DNA from: Candidatus Cloacimonadales bacterium
GTDB lineage: Bacteria > Cloacimonadota > Cloacimonadia > Cloacimonadales > JAIOQZ01
Direction: 5' to 3'
Assembly: GCA_963665815.1 (NCBI GenBank)
Contig: OY762463.1
Span: forward strand, 2,336,001 to 2,400,000
DNA: 64,000 nt
Shown here piece by piece: positions 27,980-37,767 of this stretch (positions are counted from its first letter, which is position 1; every line of letters starts with the position of its first letter). Position numbers and translations under genes: made by a program. The notes under the pieces are model-generated. The model was not told the origin of the DNA, ran no database searches, and saw nothing but the letters and a program-made list of their open reading frames with translations.

Positions 27980-29116
27980 TTACAATCCATCCACGGTAAT
28001 GTCATATATTTTTATATTGTTTAACTCGTAATTATATTCAAAAATCAGGTTATCCTTAACTATAATCTTTGTGTTTTGAACATCCTCCGGAGATGAGTAC
28101 TTTCTCTCAATAGTATTGATATACACTCCATCAGAATAAAGGTTGAGGTATAATGTGGAATACTCATAGCTTCTGGAAACGGAGACAAATAGATTGTACT
28201 TATCAATAAAACCAATTGTTCTCCATACTCTTTTCTCAAACCACAAAGGATTTTCTTTCACCGATTCCTCTCCATTTATATCCACAATGATTTTCTGTTC
28301 TTCCCTGCTTCTGCCGGGAATGAAGCCCTGTCGTTTAAATGTATACTTGAAGTTTAACAGCTTATCATATACGTCAAAGCTCGGTTCATAATTGTTGCTG
28401 ATTCCTATAATCAATTCATTATCATTAATCACTGTCATTTTCTTGAAGTATTCACCGGAAAGCATCAGTTGGTAGGCTTCCAATTCCAGTTTAAGAATAC
28501 CAGAGTCTTCCAGTTCTCCATTCAGTTTTTTAACTGTATACTGCGTTTTGAGACCGTTATCGCTTACAATTAGCTTTTCACCCATGATGAAGATACTGTC
28601 GTCCCCACAGTTATTATAAATCTGGTTCTCAATCTGCCCTAATCTCGTAAAGTCCATGGTGCTTTTAACAAGCTCAAGGTTCTTATCAATAATAACTATT
28701 TTGCCAAGATTATCGAACAAGTAGATATACTCTGAGACATGAATAACCGCATATTCCTCAAATTCCCCCGGACCGGAACCTTTGAAACATTTACTCTTCA
28801 GTAATTTCCCCTTATTATCAAAAATATATAGTTTTAAATCATGGGCATTCCAGACGTAATACTTGTTATCGTTGAATGAGATATCCGTCATTCTGAAAAA
28901 AGTGGTCTCATCGGGGTGTTCTTCAGTATATCCTTGAATTTCAAGAACAGGTTTGAGCTCAACTTTAAGATCGGGTTTAGCAGGTTCTCCTGTATTGGTG
29001 ATTACTTTTCTACCATCAATATTGCTGATCTCGTAAGAAAGAGTCTTTCTGCTGCAGCTTAAGAATGTAATAGCTACTATCAGAATCAGGGATAAAGTAC
29101 AGAGTCCCGATTTCAT
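27980..29116 (-). CDS. 6-bladed beta-propeller lipoprotein
   Basis: Lipobox FLSC; KGSGPGEF motif. Confidence 0.7.
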   Translation of the reverse strand: MKSGLCTLSLILIVAITFLSCSRKTLSYEISNIDGRKVITNTGEPAKPDLKVELKPVLEIQGYTEEHPDETTFFRMTDISFNDNKYYVWNAHDLKLYIFDNKGKLLKSKCFKGSGPGEFEEYAVIHVSEYIYLFDNLGKIVIIDKNLELVKSTMDFTRLGQIENQIYNNCGDDSIFIMGEKLIVSDNGLKTQYTVKKLNGELEDSGILKLELEAYQLMLSGEYFKKMTVINDNELIIGISNNYEPSFDVYDKLLNFKYTFKRQGFIPGRSREEQKIIVDINGEESVKENPLWFEKRVWRTIGFIDKYNLFVSVSRSYEYSTLYLNLYSDGVYINTIERKYSSPEDVQNTKIIVKDNLIFEYNYELNNIKIYDITVDGL

Positions 29117-29482
29117 TGAACCTCTTTTGTCTTAGTTATAAATCACATCTACTGCCCGGTGGAATCATGTATTAATAGTAACTCCACTCCAGCATAAAAA
29201 TCTCATTAACAAAACCAAAGTAAACAAATCATGAGTGAGTCGTCAAAATAAAACTTAAAAAAGCTTTAAATATATTCACTTTGAATTAACAAGAGTTGCT
29301 GGTCTGCTTGGTTTGCTCCACCCTGTGAACCGTTCTCTTTTCCCTCCCGGACTCGGTGAATCATCTTGCCTTTTCTGATTGTTATTCATCAAAAAGGTTC
29401 TAACAGAAATATAACTACAATAGCTATTAGTTTCCTGCTTAGAGATTTCGGCATGTTTTTCCCTGTGTAATGCAATTTTTAG

Positions 29483-30613
29483 CTACATATCCTCATCATC
29501 AAGATCAATATCCGGATAGAGTTTTTTTGCACAATCAGGGCAGATTCCGTGTGTAAGATCAGCATCAGAATTATCTCTGATATAGCGTTCCAGCTGATTC
29601 CAGTACCCATTATCATCACGAATCTTTTTACAGACACTGCAAATAGGGATAATACCCTGTAATCTTTTGATTTTTGAAAATGCATTCTGCAAGTCAGTTT
29701 TGAACTTTTTGATCATCAGCATCAGGATCACTCCTGATATAATCAACAGTACAATATATATTGAGACAATCCAGACATAAAGAACCATCAAATCGCTATA
29801 GTGCGGATTTAAATCGTGTTCTACATACATTGTCCAACCAAGATCTTTCAGCTTATTCTTGTTTATTGAAATTCTGTTGAGACCAAATCTGTTAGTTTCT
29901 TTTAAATCTTTGCTTTCATTCTTGCTGTTATACAGCTTATACCAGGAATGTTTTTCGGCTTCAGTATTGATATACTCATTAGATGATGAAAGAATACACA
30001 CACCTGTCTGATTTACAAAATGAACTGATTCACTGTATTTTTTTTCATACTCCTGCAATGCTTTAACAATATTATTCAGTTCTACGGCAGTCCCAACAAA
30101 AGCAAGGAGTTTACCTGAATCATCATGTACAGCAACATCTGTATATAGAAATGGTTTGTTTTTATCTCCATAGTGATAGCCTACATCAGAAAGAAATGTT
30201 ATTTTATTCTCAAGTAAAATGAAAAACCATTCACCATCCGGAGTTTCTTTTGTGATATTAATACTTGTACTGTCAGAGAAGTAATAATTATGAGTAATTG
30301 CAGATGCAACGAAAAAAGAAAACCCCCAGGATTTTTTCATCCTTCCAAGATAATTGAAAATTAAATCCTTATCATTTTCTCCCTTATCCAGCCAATCCAT
30401 GAGAAATTCATTGTCACTCATTGCTCTAGAAATATGAACTGGCAGCTGTAGCTCATTTATTATATTATTCATACTTTCAAGTTTTTCCAACTCAACTTTA
30501 TTCCTGAAAACAAAGTACTTCTCACCAGAAAAAAAAGCAATGGCAGCACTTATAAATACTACAGAAAACATGATTGCAAACATAGCAATCCAGTATTTCC
30601 TTATGTCTTTCAA
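29483..30613 (-). CDS. Membrane sensor with Cache-like periplasmic domain and C-terminal CxxC...HxxCxxC domain
   Basis: Two TM helices flanking a Cache-like region; C-terminal IPICSVCKKIRDDNGYW...THGICPDC; TTG start after GGAGGAG. Confidence 0.75.
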   Translation of the reverse strand: MKDIRKYWIAMFAIMFSVVFISAAIAFFSGEKYFVFRNKVELEKLESMNNIINELQLPVHISRAMSDNEFLMDWLDKGENDKDLIFNYLGRMKKSWGFSFFVASAITHNYYFSDSTSINITKETPDGEWFFILLENKITFLSDVGYHYGDKNKPFLYTDVAVHDDSGKLLAFVGTAVELNNIVKALQEYEKKYSESVHFVNQTGVCILSSSNEYINTEAEKHSWYKLYNSKNESKDLKETNRFGLNRISINKNKLKDLGWTMYVEHDLNPHYSDLMVLYVWIVSIYIVLLIISGVILMLMIKKFKTDLQNAFSKIKRLQGIIPICSVCKKIRDDNGYWNQLERYIRDNSDADLTHGICPDCAKKLYPDIDLDDEDM

Positions 30614-30732
30614 TTATCTCCTCCGGAAGAAACAAAAGGATTATTGAGTAAATTATGTCACTTCATACTAAATTTATATATACATAATAAGGATGATTGC
30701 GAAAAAAGCTAATAATAGCTTCATAGATTGAG

Positions 30733-30770
30733 AAAAGACTCAGATTACTTTTTCAGCTATCTGAGTCCTT
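30733..30770 (-). terminator. Probable terminator after the S8 protease gene
   Basis: GACTCAGAT/ATCTGAGTC inverted repeat with flanking A-run. Confidence 0.55.
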
Positions 30771-30792
30771 AACATCTTATAATTCATTTTAC

Positions 30793-33700
30793 CTATTTGT
30801 TTATTCTTTTAACTTCATGTTTCTTCAGCTCAGGTTTTTCCTGAACATTTTGAATATCGCTTCGAGTACCGGAGTTATTCACTGCTACAATGCTATAGAA
30901 TTTTTTCTCATCTCCATTCAGTGGAGCATTCCAGATTATCAAATTACCATGATTCGTGATTGTTCCGGTACCTGTAATATTCTGAGTTACATTATCCGGA
31001 CTGTCACCTGCATAAACGTAATATCCGTCAGCTCCGTTATCTGCCCATAAAATATTCACAGAATTGTCCTGAACGGCTATGCCGATAACTTGCGGAGAAT
31101 CAGGAGTAATAATGATTTGCACCTGAGCAGTATTGGATGGACCGGATTCACCTTCAGTATGTACAGCAGTCACATAATATGTGTATGTACCTTCTGTTAA
31201 ACTCTGATCTGTGTAAGTTGTAATGTTATCAACATACTGAATCAGATTGCTGTTTCTGTAAATATTGTATCCTGAAAGAATTCTGTCTGACTGATCTGGA
31301 GCAGGAACCGGATTATCTGCAATTGTCAGATTGTTTAATGGACGAGGAATATCAGCTATAGGGCTATAAGTAATTCTGGATGAAGAGCCCTGCATTGTTG
31401 TATGCCCAATAATATTCCAGTTATAATCCAGAGTCGGATATTCGGTGTGAAGGCTGATCCAGTTTCCTCCCCAGTATACCAGGTCTCCTTTATAATCTAC
31501 AGCCGGACCACTGTCCCTGCCGGCAGGATAATCTCCAGTAGTATTAACTCTGTATCCAATCCAAAGCTCCTGATTATCAGAAATTGTTACAGGTGAATTT
31601 AGCGTAAATCTGTTCCATGTATTATATGTTGCTGGAACGACCTGTTGGTCAACAATCATTGTCCCCGCATCAGGGGTTCCTGAAACAGTTCCACCAACCC
31701 AAACTCTAATATAGTATTCACTACCGTCGTAACGAGGGAAGAAGGAAACTTCATTAAGAGTTGCTCCATTGTGCTGGGCAAGATCAGCCGTTGTGAATCT
31801 GATTGCAACATCAAAGTCCGCTGCAGCACCGCCACTGGCTCCAATTCCTCCACTACTGACACCATTATCATACCTCATTTCTGATTCTGTAATATTTGGG
31901 GCATCCCAGTTAAGCACAACATCAGTATCGCCTGAAACTGTTGCAGTTAAATTTTGCGGTTCAGCCAGACCTCTACGTACAACCAGACTTAACGGAATAG
32001 TAATCAGTCTATGATTGGGGTCATTCGTTGTTATATTTATTGATGCTTCATAAGTGCCATAATCCATTCCGGATGAATCAAATGTCATGTTCACAACACT
32101 GTTTCCGGCTGGAGAGATAGTTCCTGCCAAATTACTCATGCTAAGCCAGTCAACTCCAGGAGGATCAATTAATATCGATTTGCTTCCGGTCAGGTAAGAA
32201 GAATTATACACTATTGGAAGACCATCTAAACCATCAGATGATTCTATCCCGACAGTACAGCTTGACGGGTCTGATGTAAACGATTCGTAGTTAAATTGTA
32301 TCTTACCGTTATGATAGAATACAACCTGCCATGTTCCGCTGCTGGAAGATGGGCTGTAGAAATGCCAGTCTTCAAACTGAACAACAAACGAATCGGTATT
32401 CTGTTTTGTATAAACGCTTCCGCCATTAACACCATTCATGTCATCCCAGAACGGAACAACGATGTTATTAGGATCGGCAGTGTTAGGTATATCACTGTTA
32501 GTCCAGGCATTAACATCTACACCTGCTTGTTCAAAACTTATAATTCCGTTTGAGTTTATGTATATACTATTATACGTGTTTCCATAAAAATTAAAGTCAA
32601 AACCAAGACTGAATGGTCCGGCATAGCCTTCATCAAGAGCATCATAGCTGCCTGTTGCAACCCAGTTTGTTACTTCAGTACCTGTAGTTTGAATATCGTT
32701 CCAGGAGTAAGAAGGTCCTCCCGCTTCAGATTCATCTTTCCAGGTGTATCCATAAGTATCCGGTCCACCGGCTGCTCTTGTTACAGTTCTGGTATGACTT
32801 ACAGGCATTCCGGCAAAACTACCCTGTCTGCTATCTGACTGACCTTTGGGTATTATTGTACTGTCAAATATTGGAGTATAAGCAGATCTTACTGCAACAT
32901 TATCATCCACGACAATTGAATAATCGAGATCAGCATTCCCTGTGTTATATATTGTTAATGTATTTTGAGATGTATTATCAGGTTCAAGGCTTTCCAGGAA
33001 ATAGTCAGGGCTGACAGAAGCTATGGGAGAAATAGTAGTTACTGAAGCACCACTGATAATAAGAGAAAAAGCCTGAGGATTAGTGAGAAAACCTTTATGA
33101 GTCACTCTGAGAGTATATTGTCCACTTGAAGGATTAGGAATATAAACAACTTCCACATTATCAATATCATTATCAGAATTATTGGTTGCAGCAGCTGTCG
33201 GGTTTTGACCATCCAGCTTCCATGGATAATGAGTAGATGTCCCCTGAATTCTCAAGTCAAGATCATTTACAAGCATTTTATCTGTTGGATCAAGTGAAGC
33301 TGATACAGGAGTTCCCGGAATATCAGCCCAGCAGATAGTTGCCTTGAGAGGTTCAGTTCCGTCTGAATTTAAAATAACTTCGTAAGTCTCTCCATTGGCA
33401 AGAGATTGCTCAAATATTCTACCTGATATATTATCTGTTGAAATTAAATCAGCAGCAGTTCTTATATTAACCAGTCCCCAACCATATTTATAGTCAGGAC
33501 CATCATATGATCCTGCTTCATCGGCAGTATGAATTACAAGTCCTTTTAAAGTAGAAGCTTTCATGTATGTATTGTGCAGATCTTCATATAGTTCCTGCAG
33601 CAGCCCAAGTGCTCCCGCAACAGAAGGTGTAGACATGGATGTACCGGAAATAGTAAGATAGTCAGAATCACCTGTGTTATCACATGATGTAAGATTAGAT

Positions 33701-34692
33701 CCATTTGCTACAACATCAGGTTTGATTCTACCATCATCTGCCGGTCCCCATGAGCTGAAAGATGTAGCAGAGACATCAGAAGGTTGAGAATATCCACCAA
33801 TTATATCATAAACAGCACCAACTGTAAGGACATTTTTTGCTACACCTCGCTGACCGATACAATCGTAACCGGTTCCCTGATTCCCATCCTGAGGATAAGA
33901 ACCGTCTCCGGTATCGTTTCTGTCATTTCCCGATGACTTACATATAAGAAAATCAGGAGCATTATAAGCAATCTGATCCCATCCCTGAGATTCACTGTCA
34001 TAAAAACCAAAAAGATAGTCTTCTGTAGAGCTGATAGAGGAGTTTCCATACCAGCTCCATGTGCTTGTTCCCTGATCATATCGCCAGCCTCGAATATATC
34101 CGTAGGAATGGTTAGAAATGATCGCACCGTTTGCTCCTTCGGAAGCAAGTTCACTATCGTCATTATTCCAGTCAAATGCTCTGAGATCAGCATTATAAGA
34201 CATTCCTCTTGCATCGGGATTTAATCCTGTGGCGATCATAGTCCCTGCAACATGAGTTGAGTGATAATGAGTTGATGAAGGGTTGTCCACCTGAACTACT
34301 CTACCGCCAAATTCAATATGAGATGTGAGAACGCCGCCTCCATCCCATTCATTCAGAGTAATACCGGAACCAGTAAGGCTGTATCCGGCTCCACCACCGG
34401 GATAAACAAGATTTGCAGAGATAGTTTCTGCCGCATCTGCATTGTTAGTTGTATAGTATTGAGGTTTACCGTATTTATCAATATACTGAATATCAATAAC
34501 TCCACCCTTGCCGTCTTCTTTTCTGACAGGCAGGTTGTTTTTTATGGCAAACTCAATTGCATCTTTTTTCTGTTTATCTCGTTTTTGTCTGAACTCTTTT
34601 GCAAGTTTATTCAATTCACTTACATTCGGAACTGCAAATAAACTTATACATATTAATGCCAAAATAACCAAAATAACTAATCTCTTACTCAT
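30793..34692 (-). CDS. Secreted S8 (subtilisin-like) serine protease with C-terminal Ig/FN3-like domains
   Basis: Triad WDGG, HSTHVAGT, SGTSMS; FSSWGPADDGRIKPD; signal peptide from MSKR (34692). Confidence 0.92.
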   Translation of the reverse strand: MSKRLVILVILALICISLFAVPNVSELNKLAKEFRQKRDKQKKDAIEFAIKNNLPVRKEDGKGGVIDIQYIDKYGKPQYYTTNNADAAETISANLVYPGGGAGYSLTGSGITLNEWDGGGVLTSHIEFGGRVVQVDNPSSTHYHSTHVAGTMIATGLNPDARGMSYNADLRAFDWNNDDSELASEGANGAIISNHSYGYIRGWRYDQGTSTWSWYGNSSISSTEDYLFGFYDSESQGWDQIAYNAPDFLICKSSGNDRNDTGDGSYPQDGNQGTGYDCIGQRGVAKNVLTVGAVYDIIGGYSQPSDVSATSFSSWGPADDGRIKPDVVANGSNLTSCDNTGDSDYLTISGTSMSTPSVAGALGLLQELYEDLHNTYMKASTLKGLVIHTADEAGSYDGPDYKYGWGLVNIRTAADLISTDNISGRIFEQSLANGETYEVILNSDGTEPLKATICWADIPGTPVSASLDPTDKMLVNDLDLRIQGTSTHYPWKLDGQNPTAAATNNSDNDIDNVEVVYIPNPSSGQYTLRVTHKGFLTNPQAFSLIISGASVTTISPIASVSPDYFLESLEPDNTSQNTLTIYNTGNADLDYSIVVDDNVAVRSAYTPIFDSTIIPKGQSDSRQGSFAGMPVSHTRTVTRAAGGPDTYGYTWKDESEAGGPSYSWNDIQTTGTEVTNWVATGSYDALDEGYAGPFSLGFDFNFYGNTYNSIYINSNGIISFEQAGVDVNAWTNSDIPNTADPNNIVVPFWDDMNGVNGGSVYTKQNTDSFVVQFEDWHFYSPSSSSGTWQVVFYHNGKIQFNYESFTSDPSSCTVGIESSDGLDGLPIVYNSSYLTGSKSILIDPPGVDWLSMSNLAGTISPAGNSVVNMTFDSSGMDYGTYEASINITTNDPNHRLITIPLSLVVRRGLAEPQNLTATVSGDTDVVLNWDAPNITESEMRYDNGVSSGGIGASGGAAADFDVAIRFTTADLAQHNGATLNEVSFFPRYDGSEYYIRVWVGGTVSGTPDAGTMIVDQQVVPATYNTWNRFTLNSPVTISDNQELWIGYRVNTTGDYPAGRDSGPAVDYKGDLVYWGGNWISLHTEYPTLDYNWNIIGHTTMQGSSSRITYSPIADIPRPLNNLTIADNPVPAPDQSDRILSGYNIYRNSNLIQYVDNITTYTDQSLTEGTYTYYVTAVHTEGESGPSNTAQVQIIITPDSPQVIGIAVQDNSVNILWADNGADGYYVYAGDSPDNVTQNITGTGTITNHGNLIIWNAPLNGDEKKFYSIVAVNNSGTRSDIQNVQEKPELKKHEVKRINK

Positions 34693-35016
34693 ATTCTTTC
34701 CTTCTATGCTTTTAAAAATTATTTCCAATTCAAATTGAACAATAATTATAATATAGTGTCAATTTCTTTAGTCAGGAAATTGTGAATCAGATTTTTATCA
34801 GCTATTGGTTGTCTTTTGCTGAGGGGCATTGACGTTGTTTCTTTTGACCTTCTGTCTCATAAACTCACATCTCCCCGTCGTTGTTTAGACAGGAGCACAT
34901 CTTCATTTAATGCATCCTGTTGATTACATTTTCATTTTTTGGTTGACTGTATAACAAGACGATTTACTTTTTCTAAAGTACATTTAATTATTGAAAATTA
35001 TGAAATGGAGTTATAA

Positions 35017-35928
35017 ATGAAAAAACTGTTCCTGAAACAGGTAATGATGAATCGTGTACTATATGCACTGATCCCAATTTCATTGATGGCTGTTTATCTG
35101 TATGGCTTCCGAGTTCTGGGGGTAATTGCTGTGTCTAATCTTGCAGCATTCCTGACAGAATATCTCTTTGCAAGACAGAAAAAAGTCCCGAAAGTGTCAA
35201 TGGCAGTGTTTGTCACCGGTTCTCTGGTTGCTCTTACGTTACCTCCTACAATTCCATTCTGGATTGCTGCGGTAGGTTCTGCTTTCGGAGTAATGTTTGG
35301 AAAAATGGTTTTTGGCGGATTTGGTATGAATGTGTTCAATCCGGCTATTGTTGGTAGAACATTCATCTACATATCATTCCCTAAGTATATGACAGTACAA
35401 TGGCTGAAACCTTTTGAAGGATTCCCCGGCGGATTCCTGCACTGGATGCAGCCAGATAATATTACTGCAGCTTCACCAATTATTACATTCCGTGATACAG
35501 GTGTAATGGAGTCATTCACTAAGATATCACTGGGAACAATCCCGGGGTGTATAGGTGAGACTTCAGCAGTACTGATTCTTGCTGCTGCAATATATCTTAT
35601 TGTTACAAAAACAGCTAAGTGGCAGCCTATGGTTGGCTGTCTGATAGGTTTTGCTGTCAGTACACTCATATTCTATGGAAAAAGCCCTTTGTTCTTCATG
35701 CTGAGCGGTGGATTCATGTTCGGTACAGTATTCATGGTGACTGACCCTGTTTCAATGCCTAAAAATAAAAAAGCTATCTGGATCTACGGAATCCTGGTTG
35801 GATTCTTAACCGTGTTTATTCGCAGATTCTCACTTTTTGCAGAAGGTTTCATGTTCGCCTTATTACTGGCAAATGTAACCATGCCGATTGTTGAGTACGC
35901 AATGAGCTACAAGCCGAAGAAGAAGTAA
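35017..35928 (+). CDS. nqrB: NqrB/RnfD family membrane flavoprotein
   Basis: KMVFGGFGMNVFNPAIVGR, PGCIGETS, FMVTDPVS, EGFMFALL; FMN motif DNITAAS. Confidence 0.85.
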   Translation: MKKLFLKQVMMNRVLYALIPISLMAVYLYGFRVLGVIAVSNLAAFLTEYLFARQKKVPKVSMAVFVTGSLVALTLPPTIPFWIAAVGSAFGVMFGKMVFGGFGMNVFNPAIVGRTFIYISFPKYMTVQWLKPFEGFPGGFLHWMQPDNITAASPIITFRDTGVMESFTKISLGTIPGCIGETSAVLILAAAIYLIVTKTAKWQPMVGCLIGFAVSTLIFYGKSPLFFMLSGGFMFGTVFMVTDPVSMPKNKKAIWIYGILVGFLTVFIRRFSLFAEGFMFALLLANVTMPIVEYAMSYKPKKK

Positions 35929-35938
35929 GGAGATATTC

Positions 35939-36562
35939 GTGGCAGAAAAAACACCTTTCACAGAAACCAGAATATATCCGATCATCTTTATGATGATAGT
36001 GACAATTGTATTTGTCGGACTTCTGGCTTTCTTTTATCATTCATCCAAAGAACGTATTGAAAGTAACGAACAGCTTGCGTTCCAGAAAAAGATTCTGGCT
36101 TTGTTCAGCCTTTCTGCGAAGAATCCTTCCGAAGCATTCGGAAAGTATATAAAAACCGAAACAAAGGATGACCTGACATTTTACAAAGCAGAAAAAGACG
36201 GAGCTATGCTCGGGTATGCTTTTGTAATTAACGGCCCGGGACTCTGGGGATCAATCAACGCTGTTGCTGCTTTCACGACAGATTTGAAGCAGATAATAAA
36301 GTTTGATATTCTCAATCAGAATGAAACACCGGGACTGGGCGGCAGAATTACCGAAGACCAGTTCAAAGATCAATTCAATAATAAAGTACTCGTAAAAGAT
36401 AATAAACTAATAGACTTCAAACTTATTGCTGAAGAAGAAACACCGAAAGCAAACGAAATCTGTCAGATTACCGGAGCAACGTTTTCTTCTCAGTCTGTAA
36501 CCAAGCTTATATACAAAGAAATGATACAAATCAGTAAGAAGATGGGATTTTCTTATGACTAA
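35939..36562 (+). CDS. nqrC: NqrC/RnfG FMN-binding subunit
   Basis: GPGLWGSI (NqrC-like), ETPGLGG and ITGAT flavinylation motif; GTG start after AAGGAG. Confidence 0.88.
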   Translation: MAEKTPFTETRIYPIIFMMIVTIVFVGLLAFFYHSSKERIESNEQLAFQKKILALFSLSAKNPSEAFGKYIKTETKDDLTFYKAEKDGAMLGYAFVINGPGLWGSINAVAAFTTDLKQIIKFDILNQNETPGLGGRITEDQFKDQFNNKVLVKDNKLIDFKLIAEEETPKANEICQITGATFSSQSVTKLIYKEMIQISKKMGFSYD

Positions 36563-37154
36563 AAAAGAAATATTCATTACGTCGGCATTTACAGAGAACT
36601 CTGTCTGGAAACAGATTCTGGGGATTTGCTCTGCACTCGCTGTAACTAACTTGATGATGAACAGTCTGGTAATGGGATTAGGAGTAATATTCACCCTGGC
36701 TCTCTCAGGTTTCACAATTTCACTGATCAGAGACTTTATACCAAGACGTGTTCGTATGATGGCACAAACACTGATAATTGCGTCCTACGTGATTATTGTT
36801 GATATAACACTTAAGGCTTATCTACCGGAAATCAGTAAGAATCTCGGACCATATGTCGGTCTGATTATTACAAACTGTATTATTATGGGTAGAGCAGAAG
36901 CCTTTGCAGGTAAAAACAGCCCGATAGATTCCATGATCGACGGAATAGGTGCAGGTTTCGGATATACATTCGTTCTGCTGCTTATTGCTTTTGTCAGAGA
37001 AATCTTCGGTTTCGGTTCAATCTTCAACATTCAGATACTCGGTGACTGGTGGACAAAATGGTCTATTATGGTTATGGCTCCAAGTGCATTCTTTATACTT
37101 GCTGTTATAATCTGGATCATTAACGGACCTCTGGCAGCTAAGAAAGGGAAATAG
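36555..37154 (+). CDS. nqrD: NqrD/RnfE subunit
   Basis: LGICSALAVT and VGLIITNCIIMGRAEAF with both Fe-ligand cysteines. Confidence 0.9.
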   Translation: MTKKEIFITSAFTENSVWKQILGICSALAVTNLMMNSLVMGLGVIFTLALSGFTISLIRDFIPRRVRMMAQTLIIASYVIIVDITLKAYLPEISKNLGPYVGLIITNCIIMGRAEAFAGKNSPIDSMIDGIGAGFGYTFVLLLIAFVREIFGFGSIFNIQILGDWWTKWSIMVMAPSAFFILAVIIWIINGPLAAKKGK

Positions 37155-37163
37155 GAGATAATT

Positions 37164-37754
37164 ATGGTAGATGTATCATCAATAGTAATATTCTTCGCAG
37201 CAATTTTCACCAGTAATATCCTGCTGACGAATTTTCTCGGAATGTGTTCTTTCCTTTCAGTATCTAAAGAAGTAGAATCATCATTCGGACTTGGTATGGC
37301 AGTTGTGTTTGTCATGACAGTTACATCAGCACTGAATTATGTTGTATACCATTATATACTCGTACCTTTCGATATTGTGTACCTGCAGTACATAGTATTC
37401 ATTATCGTGATCGCCGCTTTTGTACAGCTTACAGAGATCGTGATAGAACGATTCTCACCGGTTCTGTATTATTCTCTCGGAATATTCTTACCTCTGATTA
37501 CCGTGAACTGTGCGATATTCGGGGTAGCTTTATTCATGATTATCCGAAAATACAGCTTTATTCAGGCAGTAGCTTACGGAGCAGGTGGCGGAATCGGTTG
37601 GATGCTGGCAATACTTATGCTTGCAGGTATCAGAAAGAAACTTAAAGACAAGTTCATACCAACAGGTCTGCAGGGAGCAGGAATAAGTCTTATAATTACC
37701 GGAATCATGGCTCTGGCGTTCATCGGGTTCTCCGGTGTTGCGGTTATTCAGTAG
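37164..37754 (+). CDS. nqrE: NqrE/RnfA subunit
   Basis: FLGMCSFL and GIFLPLITVNCAIFG motifs. Confidence 0.9.
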   Translation: MVDVSSIVIFFAAIFTSNILLTNFLGMCSFLSVSKEVESSFGLGMAVVFVMTVTSALNYVVYHYILVPFDIVYLQYIVFIIVIAAFVQLTEIVIERFSPVLYYSLGIFLPLITVNCAIFGVALFMIIRKYSFIQAVAYGAGGGIGWMLAILMLAGIRKKLKDKFIPTGLQGAGISLIITGIMALAFIGFSGVAVIQ

Positions 37755-37767
37755 GGAGGACAAAAAA

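Noticed and set aside
29270-29460. Short minus-strand ORFs and a pyrimidine-rich loop between the sensor and lipoprotein genes
   Set aside because: The ORFs are under 40 codons with no motif and the stem is too weak; at most a gene remnant.
34790-34930. Riboswitch or Rex operator between the protease and nqrB
   Set aside because: Only one small hairpin and a half-site (TTGTGAA); no match to riboswitch consensus sequences I know.
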